DNA of 63,876 nucleotides from a virus (Duplodnaviria; Caudoviricetes): IMG/VR virus record IMGVR_UViG_3300031963_000134, positions 1 to 63,876 of that record; one strand, 5' to 3'. Shown piece by piece: positions 37,631 to 49,600 of this stretch (position 1 is its first letter; each line of letters starts with the position of its first letter). The notes under the pieces were generated by a model. It saw only the letters and a program-made list of their open reading frames with translations, ran no database searches and was not told where the DNA came from. The position numbers and the translations under genes were made by a program.

Positions 37631-40600
37631 TTATTTACCTATTCCAAAAAGACACATCATAGCTTCAATAACTTCTTCATCTGTAACAACCTTCTGTTGT
37701 TTTAATATCTCTTCAGTTGAAATACCAGAAGCTTGATTGAAGTTATTATTCTGAATACCTAGTTCAGCTAATCTTTGGGATAAATATAAGAAAGTTTGAG
37801 ACGCTACTGGTTTAGCATTCTTATTTAGCTCTCCAGTTATAGGATCCGCACCAATTAAATATTGACCTAATCCTTGTTGAGGTACTACAATTCTTTTTCC
37901 TTTACTAACCTCTTTCTTAATGGTTTCAATAGCATTGTCAATTCTCTCTTTAATAATAGGAGAGATTGTCATACCATTTACATCTACAAAAGGCTGGTTA
38001 ATATTATCTGAAGATGACTTAGTAGAAGTAACTGTAAATGAAAGGAATCTATCATTATCAGTCTCAGTAAACCCTTTCTTAAGAAGAAACTCTCTTGTTA
38101 TTTTATCAATACCTGGAGCTTTACCTACATTGAATACTCTAACTCCTTCAGCAATAGCTTGTTCAATAAGCGGTTCGTAGAACTTAGTAAAGTGATCATT
38201 GATATTCTCAAAGGTTATTTTACCTCCTCTGCTTGAAGGATTCCAAGTACCACTACCACTAACCATTACAGAATTCATTCCTTTGAAATTCTTATTAGCA
38301 GCTTCTCCCCATGACTCTTCATAAATATTGGTAGTAGAGACATAGTCGTTAGATGTTTCAGGTACAGTGCTACCAATAAATCCATCAGATTCTCCAATCA
38401 TTTTAAAATCTTCAGCTATTTGTTTGATTTTTGGACCAAACTTAGCAGGATCTGTCTGTCTTAATAACTCAATATTAGCTATAACATTTCTCAGCGCAGA
38501 ACGGCGTCTCTCAAAAGCTGGATCAAGTTTTGAAGAATTGTTTCTTAGATTATTAAGAACATCGTCTGAACTACCTACATTCTCTACAACTGGTGAATCA
38601 TTAGCAACTTCAGGAGTAGTTGTTTTGATTTCTGGATTGAAAAGACTTTGGTCATTCTTTTCACTTACAATATTTGTATTTGTGGTATCAGGTTTAAGAA
38701 TAATCAACTTACTTCTAACTCTTGTAAGAGCTACATAGAGAGATGACGCTGTATCACGAGGGTCAATGACTTTACTATTCTGTCTAATGTTTTCATCACC
38801 TACAATAATCTTATTTAAAGAGTTACCCTGTACAGTATGTGTAGATCCGATGTAAGACAAATTGTAAAATGATTCAGGACTTTCAGTTCTAAATCTTTCA
38901 AGACTATTAAACATATCTTGATTATCGAAGTATACTGACCAAGGAATTTCAAAACTATTTACGTTTCCTGAAGATGGATCAGTAAACTCAATATAAATAA
39001 AGTTCTTTTTCTTACCGTTTACCTCTCTACTGTCTCTTTTAACCTTAAACATTGTGCCAATGTCAGACCTCATAATAGTATGAATAATTTTTTCATCATA
39101 CCTATTATTTAGTTCCATATAAGATACATCAACATCAATCTTACTAAGATCAATTCCAATCATTTGTTCAATAAACCTACCTATACCTATTTCATTTAAA
39201 GGAACTTTACTCTCTTTAATATCCAGAACTTTATATCTCCCTCTTGGATAAATAATATTATTTAGATACAGAGTGTTGTTAAATATAGTTTCTGGTAATG
39301 AAATAGGTTCTGTTCCGCTAAATTCAATATAATCTCCTGAGAAAATCTTAGATGCTTGCTGCTCTGTTACTTTTCCCATGTAGTATTTTTTAATGGTTAC
39401 TTTTTCTTTAACTAAATCAGGTTCATAACCAAGTTTCTTAAAGTAACTAGCCCTTATTTTATCAAATAATGCAATTGTATTTTCATTTACATTATTGTTA
39501 TAATGAGTCCAAAAAATTTCATAAGGGTTATTAGATTTACTTAACTCATCAATATAAAAATTAATTAATTTATTGATATCGTTTTTAGGAACAACCCACA
39601 TGTTTTCGCTGCTTTCGTTTGTTAAACGATCATACTCAGCAAAACTAAATTCTGGTACTTTTCTTCCTTCTTCAACAGCTTTTCGCATTTCATCTACTTG
39701 ATTACCAACAGAATCAAATATTTTATGAAAAGCTTTATCCTTTGTACGCATTACTTGAGTAAGCTCAAATGCTTTACCTTCATTTTGACCTTCAGATCCA
39801 AATAATGTTCCAGATATAACACCTTCTGTTTTATTTGAATCTACAGGAGATAATTGTCTGTAGTCTCCCATATATATAAAGACAGGTAATGGAGGTGTTG
39901 ATATTCCCTCTTCTTTATAAAGTTCTTGTTCAAATTCAATAAGCGTTGCTAAATCTTCAATAAAATTTTCACTTAACATTGAAGATTCATCAATAATTAC
40001 AACTTTTTGTTTAAGAATTGAATTCCTTGGGAAAGATCCATTTTTTTCAAAGTACTTTATATATTCATTTTTAAGATCTTCAAGATTTTGCATATAAAGT
40101 GTATCTGCAGGAACTGGTTTTCCTGCAAATATTTTTTTCATTCTTTCTAGATCTTTAGGATCCGCTTTACTAGGATTATTAGTATTTCTTTTAGTAAAAG
40201 ATTGAGTAGTTCTAATATTAGCTACCTTTTTTCTACCAGTTTTAACACCTAAAGATTCTCTAAGCATTAATACTGCGTTATGTGTAGGAGCCAAATACAT
40301 TACATCATATTCAGCATCAAATTGAAAATCATTAATCTCTAATTGTTTAACGATTTCACTTATTAATGTTGTCTTACCTACACCTCCTCTACCAATAAGA
40401 CCAATCATATTATTCCATAATTGCATTGGAATAATACCATTAAACTGTGCATCTGATCCTTCAAAAGATTTTGTTTGACTTCCTTTGAATTCTTGTTTAA
40501 CAGGTGAATCTAATTTTTTTCTAACAAAGCTGAATATCTCATCATAAGCTGTTTGCTGTTGGTCATTCATTAAATATTTTTCAGTAGGTGTTTCAAAGAT

Positions 40601-43600
40601 GACATTATTATTAGGATTAGATCCTTCGGGTACAACTACTGTCTTAGTTGGTTTTTTTACTTCAGCTGTTTTAATAAATCTAAATTGTTTCCCATTCTGG
40701 GGGTCAACATCCGGGTTCTCATTAAAGAACTTTAAAAGCTTAACTACATCAGTTGACTTACCTGCATCAACTACTTCAATACCTACACCATTAACTACTA
40801 GTACTTTATAATTTTTTCCAAAGTATTGATAATCAACTTCTTTTGAAACACTAGTAGAATAATCTGGTGTACCTTCAATAACTTCTACTTTTTCTTTTTC
40901 AGCTTGACTAGATGTAACATCATTTACTTGGTTACTTGGGTTATTTAAATCAACTCCAATTTGTGTTGGAATAGTAACCACGTTTTGTGTGTTAGATAAA
41001 ACATAATTGCTACTAAGCGCTAGATTGTTTTTTCTAACAACTGTTTCATCTTGGTTTAACGTTCCATCAGATATGAACAGTAAATTGGGATTGTCTTTAG
41101 CAATCGAAGATGCTTCTACATCATTAAGATTAGTAGTATCAAGTTTTACGCTATTATCATTCTCTACGGATATACGATTAGGATCGTAACCTTTGACATT
41201 AATTATGTTTTCACTAGAAAGTTTATAGTTCTTAAATCTTGATCTTTTACTGCGGTCGGTATTATTAGTAATAAATTGAGCAGTAAAATAAGCTTGTTCT
41301 ACTGGATCAACTCCATTTTTATATTTTTCCATTGCAGAATCTATAATCGCATGGAGTCTATCCTGCGGTGAAATTCTAATCAATGAAAAACTTGATTTCG
41401 CATCCATCCCAGATTGAAGGAATGCATAGATGGAAAATCGACTAAAGAACTCAGCTATTCTAATTCTTTCTTCATTAGAGATTTCTTCATCTATTCTAAT
41501 AGCAGAAGGATTTGATAACTCTAAGATGTTTTGGTTAAGCCTATTTATCTCATCTGATTCGAGCATAGTATTATTAAGGAAAAGATTACTCATTTCCCTA
41601 ATACCATTATTTTCAAGATTGTTTACACTTATATACTCAAATAGACTGTAGTTATTTTTAAGCTTATTACCGTACTTATTTAGGATATTTTGAAATTGAT
41701 CCGCATATGTATCCTCGCTCTCAAACATTTTCCAAGAGTTGTAAACGTTATCAAGCGCCATATCCCTAAGAACCACATCATAGGTAAGTATGTCAATCCT
41801 ATTATTGTAACTCTCGTTGGATTCACTTTCTTTCTGCGGGAAAAGGGTTTTTACTTTAGCGTACTTATTCTTATAGTCTTCTCTTGACTTAAGTCTTTCT
41901 AGACCATTAGCTTCCTTTCTGTATCTGTATCTGAGCATTTCTCTTTCAAATACAAAAGCCAAATAGTCATCCTTTGTTCCAAAAGCAGAAACATCAAGAT
42001 TAGCTAATTTGATTACAGTACCATCAGGTAATGTTAGGTTTCTTTGGTATTTACCCCCGCTATTTTTTAAATCAAAAAACTGTTTATCTAATTGTTTTCT
42101 ATCTACATAGATAACCGGTTCTCCATTTTGTTCTTTTACAAAAACACCATTAGCTAATGAATCAACACCAAATACTTGTTTTACCTTTTCAGAGTCATCA
42201 ACTACTTTAGATCCTTTATAACCTTTATCAATTACATTGTTAAGATTAAATTCTCTAATAGAATTTTGGAAAGCATAACTGATAAAGTCATTTACATATG
42301 TTCTTTCTACCTCTTCATCGTTTTTAAATAAACTACGAATCTCATTATGGTAGTCTTCATCTACTGAAGAAAGTAGACTAGAATTTTTAAAACTAAACAA
42401 CCCACCAAAAATCTCTTTTTGAAAATCTTGTACTTTAAAGCTTTTCAAAATAGTTTCGTCACCTAGTTTTTTAACAATCTTAGTAGGCAACATTGCACTC
42501 ATTAACATAGCTTCGTACTCACTCAAAGCTTTGTTAACTTCAAAAGTGGTATTACTTGTTTTAGTATCAAAGTTAGATTTAAGCTTAGCATTTTTAACTG
42601 CTCCAGCCATATTCTCAATTTCAAGAAAATGCAAAAACAAAGCTTTATCTTGATCTGAGTAATCTCCCTTTCTATTTTGACTTTCAACTATAAATGATTC
42701 AAAAGCAGTTTTACCTTCTTTATTTTTCTCTTGACTAAATAGCTTTCTAGATTCTTCATTATCATGAAGATAATCTTGAGATAAGTAATAAATAGAACCA
42801 TTTGTATAACTGTCTTTATATACTTCAAATGAAGAAACATAGTTTGGAAACAAATCCCTAATCATATCTGCTCTAGTTTTGAACTGAGCAAAATTGGGAT
42901 TATCAATTTCCATTCCTAAAGGACGAGCAAATGTGCTTCTATATTTTCTTTGAAGTTCAACATACTCTCTAACAAGAGGATGAGATACAAGCATTACTGC
43001 TTGACGAACTGGTACACCTGCTTGTACCATAAAGAGAAGAGTAGGTGCAATTTCTTTATTCCCTTGAATATTAAAGATCCATGCATCTTTTGCTACGTCT
43101 ACCCAACCGTTAATCATTTGGGAAATAATATCTGAGATGCTATGTTCGTTTTCAGCATCATAGATATGTGAAAGAGAAATTACATCTCTACCTTTTTCAT
43201 CCTGCAGTTTGTTATGCGGGAGATACATATCTAAAGGGATGTACTCTGTATTTTTACCAAACGTATCTGAATAACCATGATTTAATCTCATGCCTATTCT
43301 GTTGAACAATGCGTTATATGTATTGTCTACAGCACCTAAACCAAGGGTGTCTTTACCAATTCTATTTTGCTGATGTTTATCAAGGTTATAACCAATCTCT
43401 AAAATATTAGTAGCAGATATTCTTTTATCTCCTGTTGTCTTATCAGTAACCGTACGATAGTTTCTTTTTTGAGCAAACTTTGCAGCATCTTTAGCTATTG
43501 GTTCAACAATATCTTTATCGTTAGGACGAACAAGTGCATAGAAGTTTTCGGGAAAACTCAACATCTCCCTCATATTTTCCTGAATCCTATTTTGAAGACC

Positions 43601-46600
43601 TTCCTCAGTTTTAGTTGAAAGATCATACCTAACATTCATAGGACCCTGTTTCACAAGAAGATCATAAATCTTCTTTTCTTCAGTAGAGAGATCCTTTCTT
43701 TTTTCTGTAACAAGCTTGCTTATAACATCCTTTGTGATACTTACATCGAAGCCTTTACTTTTAAGAATACTCTCAATTTCTTTTGCTTTCTCTTGTCCAG
43801 CTTCTGTTAACCAATATGCTTTATCTGGATAGGTTTCCAGATTAGGATACATAAAAGTTAGTTTGTCAATGTCAAAGTCAGAACCAGACTTTGCTACAAT
43901 TTCAGAAGGAAGAACAACAATATTACCTGCTGATTCATCAAGGAACTCATAGACTTCAGCAAACTCCATAGAGTTCAAACCTTGCACTGGAATACGAGGA
44001 CCAGTGATCGTAATCATATTTCTATGATTATCTTTATTCAACCACTCCTCATTCTTAATCATATCGTTAAGACGATCAAGATTTTCAATCTTATTACCGT
44101 CATTATGATTAAGATGAAGAAGAGCTCTAAAAGGACCTTGAAGAGCAATCTTCACTTTCATGGCTTTAGTTTTACCATAAACCTTTTTACCATTTTCATC
44201 AACGGTAAAATCACGTTGGTAAAAGCTCAAACCGTTAGTACCATATTTAAAGCTTTCTTCTTTAGAAAGCTTACCTCTAAATGTTCTTTTAGAAGTTCCT
44301 TCTTGAACTAACTTAAACTCAATAACATAAGGATTTTTGAAACGCTCAAGATTTTTAAATCCTTCATCAGTCCATCCTTCTTTATACCAAGTTTCTTTTT
44401 CTGTACCTTTTGTAATCTTAGTTATTTGAACAAGAACTTTTTTAATATTCTTGTTAGCATCAGAACCATACATATAGGTATATGATCCCTCTGTAATATT
44501 ATACTTAGTAAGTTCTTCTTCTGTTCTTGTTGTTCTAGTTCTATAACCTCCCTCAATCATATCAATTGACTTAGGTTTTTTAGTACCTAAAGCTTTGATA
44601 ATTTCAGGACGAGCAAATTGAGTTGTTCCAAATTTTGTTTCTCCACTTATAAGATTTTGAGGAATTCTCTCAGTAAGAGGACGATTATCTGCTTCTTTTA
44701 CAGCAGCTTTATAATCTTTCTCGGAAAGATAAATACGAGTTGCATCTATCTCTTCTCCTGAATCAAGGTCTTTAATTTTAGAATTAAGATCTTTAATTTC
44801 TTCTTCTAAAATTTCTATTTCATCAGACTTAATATATTGATTAAGGTACTCTTGTTTTCCAGTAGAAAGAACATCAATAATAATATCTCTTAGTTCTTGC
44901 TCATCAGTTTGAAACCCTAACTCATTCATATCTTCCATAAGAAGTTCGGCAGCATTCTCAACTGTAACTCCTGTGGTTGAAAGTAGGGAAGGGTTAATAT
45001 CTCTTTTAGTTCCTACACCTAAACCTGTTTCTTTTCTAGCATTATCAGGTTTAATTTTTGGTAGTCTAAGAGCAACAACAACTTCTAATCTTTGTTCATT
45101 AAGTTCTTGTTCTTGTAAAAGAGTTAAAAGCTCAATGTTTTTAAAATCTCTTTGTTTTACAAGATCTTTAAGAACTTCAGATTCAATACCCCTATTATAA
45201 CTTTCAAATCCTGCACCAGATACCTGGATAAGACCTTCACCTGTAAACTTCTGTTTTACAAGTCTTTTAGTAACAATACTATTAAGTACTCTATCTAGTT
45301 TATCAGTTGAAAGACTAAAAGAAAGATCTCTGATAACTTTACCAGTAGGAGCAGTCTTCATGAAGTCAAGTTCATGATCACCTAGATCTTGCTTATCAAG
45401 TTCAGAAAGAATAAACTTCTTGAGCTCTGGGGTAAGAATAATAGGACTATTAGGATTTTTAGGATCCTCGTGTGTGATTGTAGCTTTCTTTTTAAGTTCT
45501 TCTTTTAAAAGATTACTTAAAGCTTGAATGTTGTTTTCGTACTCTTTTAAAACATTATAAAACTTTGAAGCTTCTCTTTTCTTTTCTTCTGATGTAATTG
45601 AATCCCACTTCTTAATTCTTTCTGATAGCGGTAAACTTTTTTCAAAGTCAGTAGGAATACCTGCAATCATAAGCCCGTTGAAAACGAGCTTTCTCATTTG
45701 CGTAGGAAAAGTTACTTTCTCTTTAAAGCTAGAAGCAATTTCTAACTGGTTCTTTAAGAAATGTAAGTAAGCTGTATTCTTAGTGTATTCTTTAGAATCA
45801 TCAAAAGTGTGTTCTTCAGAATTACTATAAAACTTATCACTTATAGCTTTCCCGTTATCAATCTTTACGATCGTACTTACTTTAGATCCTGATTTAAACA
45901 ATGAGTAAGCAATGTTCTCCTTGATCATTTTGTCATGCAACTTCTCAAGGTTTTTACCTTCAATCATTGTAGGAATCAAAGGAACCAATGAGAACTTATG
46001 AAATCCCATCAAGGGAGGTACACCCTCTTCTGTTTTAAGAGGACCCCAATATTGAAACTTTCGTGTAGGGAAAAACTCAGCTATTTTTTCTTGATTAATT
46101 TTTTCACCTTGAGCAATCTTTCTATAAAGATTATCCTGATCATTAGACCAGTTACCTTCAAGAATACTAAAAGCGCGGTATGCATCAAAGGTAATCCACC
46201 CTTGAGCATCACCTTCAGTCATACCAGAATATTCCTTATAAGTCTTTTCAGCTTTCTTATCTAGTTCTTTTTTAAACTTATCAGCTTCTTCTTCACTAAG
46301 ACTATCAATTTTATCTTTAAATCTTTCGTACAGTTCTTCTTTGTAGCCTTCTACTAATTCATCATAGTAGATAGATGCAATCTTATTGTCTTCAAAGACA
46401 GCAGAGTTGTAAGACCCATCATCATTAACAGGAATGTATTCATTTACATAGTTTGGATCTTTACTACGAAGATTATTAGCATATATCATTCCTTTAGACA
46501 AAGCATATTTAATAGAGGCTTTATCAGAAGCGAAGAGTGTACCAGTAGAACCAGCACCAGCATTACGCTTATGGAACTCTTCTTTTAAATGATTATATAA

Positions 46601-49600
46601 AGCTAAGTCTCCATAAATAAGAGAAAGAGTCTCTACGTTATGAATCCAGTTATTTACAACAAATGTTCTAAGAATTACTGTCTTATTATCTTGTACTAGA
46701 TTGTCATTAGCTTTATTAGCAGCTGCATAAAGTTTATCATCAATAAAAGTTTCAGTACCTAGTCTGTTAGATACATCTTGAACTTGACGTTCAAAGTACT
46801 GATTAATAGCTGGGATAATCTTATTGCTAACTAAAGACTTGGGGATCTCATCAAAGCTGTTGTATTTTAAAACTTCAGTTTTAAGATTATCATCTAAGAT
46901 TGATTCAAAAATATGAAAGTCTCTTCCCTTGTCTAGATACGTTTGGTCGTACTCAATACTAGTTGTTCTACTTTTCTTGTACAGTTCGTCAAGCTTTTTA
47001 ATTCTTTCAAACTCTGCTTTAAAGTATCGTGAATAGACAAGTTCAGAAGTATATTCAAAAGGATTCGTAGGAGAGCTTAACTTCTTTAAGTCAACATATA
47101 ATCCTTTACCTTTTATATAAAGAGTAAAAGAGGTACCCTTGTCGGCGTGACGCATTAATTCTTGACGCCCCTCTAAGGTAAGGTGTAGATCAGTAATAAG
47201 CTTAGAGATTTCATCTGACTTAGCTGCTGCAACACCAACGTCACTTTTTTCACCTATCAGCTTTACACCACTAAGATTATTAAATTCTATTTTATTTAAT
47301 CTTCTACCTTCTCCTCCTTTTCTATAATCCTCCATATCAAACAACCTCTCAAACAATAGAGAAGAGTTTACAAAAGGACTGTTCTTTATATTAAGATGCT
47401 GCATCTCCGGATGCTCCATCAGCTCCTTATAGCTATTAACTGAGTTAACAGTATTTACAATAATGCTAATGGTATTGTTCAGAGTAAACTCGTATTGAAC
47501 ATTACCTTCGGCATTCTTTTGAGAAAAGGTACCTGTATAGTTACCGTATGTAGATTCTATAACAGCTAGTTCATTTAAGAAACTACCCATTCCGATAATT
47601 TCCTTTTTACCAAAGAAAGGACTAGCTGCAGTAGCTTCACCGAATACTTCTCCTAGGGTATAAAGTCTTTCGACTTTCATATCCGCCATTTTGATAATAT
47701 TCTGAAACACTGCGTCTACTTTCTCATATGTTTCTGGCTTTGATAAAAAGTCATTAATGTTTTGTTTGTAGGATAAGTCTACACCAACAGCAGCTAAAAA
47801 CTCTCTAACTTTTTTAGGATCAAGTTTTTTGTCCTTTAGAAACTCTACAAGAGAGTTTATATTCACATAAGCTTTGTTTTTAGCAGGATCGATTTTTTTA
47901 TAGTTCTTAAACTCTTGAATACCGAAAGTATTGTGCCACTTATTCAGTATCGGTTTTTCTGAACTATGACCCGATCCAATTCTTACCTCATATTTATAAG
48001 ACTTATCAAATGGGTGTCCATCGCTTTTTTCACGAACAGACATTTGAACAAGCTTAACGTTAGAGCTATTGAATACTTTCCAAAACTGTGTCCAGAGCAC
48101 ATTACTAGACATAGTTTTAGAGTCAGGTATTCCAAGCTTAGATAAGACTTCTTTAACAATAGGATCTGCTTCTGCAGCAACAAGCATCTTATTATACATC
48201 TCAGGTTTAGTAAGAGTACCACCTAAGAGCTTAGCTAACTTAAAGAATACAACGGAAGAGTTTTCTGTTTCTGCTCTACCAATAACGTTTTTTACAACGT
48301 TACCTTTTTCATCGTAACGCTTAATAGATTTAAGAAGACGCTTGACTTGATCAGAAGCAATATCTTTAAGAGAGGATTCATTACCCCCTCTTTCATAATT
48401 GTTCAGAGCTTTGATGAGATCAACGGTTTCGGGGTCTTGGTCTTCCGACTCTTCAAGAAAGACATCCGTTATCTTACTCTTCTCCATATGGTAATAGAGA
48501 AACCCATCACCCTCAAGAGTTTCATCAATAGCATTAGGATCACCAAAAGTATCAATCGTATTTTGTACCAAATTGATATAATGTGAAATCTCTAAAGCTT
48601 CAGCTTGATTAGCCGCATTTTTAAGTTTGATATTTAAGTCCTCAAGAACTTCATTATCCAACCTCCACAGAACTTCATTATAAAGCCTTCTTGTAATAGG
48701 TAAAGACTTAGTCAATAACTGTGCAGTGACGTTTTTACTATCATCATTACCAGCTCTATTAAAATCATCTATTGTATCAGAAATCAAAGATTCAATGGTT
48801 CTAACCATCAGCATCGAATCCTGATATGACCAAATCTTAGCTTCAGTAGTATCTGTAGCAGGTTCTACATATGGAGACTGAAGAGGAGTATTAGATTGTA
48901 CTCTAGATGGATCAAAGGTATAACCACTGAGATCTCCCGTATAGAGTTTATCATACATCTCGAAGATCTTAGAGTTCGCCATTGGATTAGCGACAAACTC
49001 TTCTACTGTAGTCTTACCAAAGAGTTCTTTAAGGAAGTTGAGGATTCTCCGGAAGATTGTATTTCTAACTGGGGACTTGGTCTTATCAATAACCTTACCT
49101 CCACCCATCGCATAACGACGGAACTCTTCAGCTAAGAACTCTTCAGCTTGCCAAGGTTTAGCATCCTTATAGAGTACATAGTTACCCTGATAGTCTACAA
49201 AGCTTCCCTCTCTTTTTCTAAACTCATCATATATAGAATTTAGTTCTTCTTTACTTAAGAAGGTTTGGGTAAACCCGTGCCACGCTTCGTGATAGATATC
49301 AGTAAAGTCACCACTTCTAGACTTATCTACTTTACCACCTTCTTGATAATAATGATAAAGGATAATTCCATTTACACTCCATTCTGCTAATGGACCATTC
49401 TTAGAAGAGTTAATAGCTTTAAGTACTGTATCAACAGGAAAGAACTTTGAAAGAGGAGATTTACTCCACCATTCTTCAGCAGCTTTAATATGTTCTTCAG
49501 TAACTTTTTCGTTTTTAAGTCTTTGTAAATAGCTTTTATTCCATACAAAGTCTGGGCTATTAATATCAAAACGTTCTCCTTTACGTTTTCTAGTTTGCTC

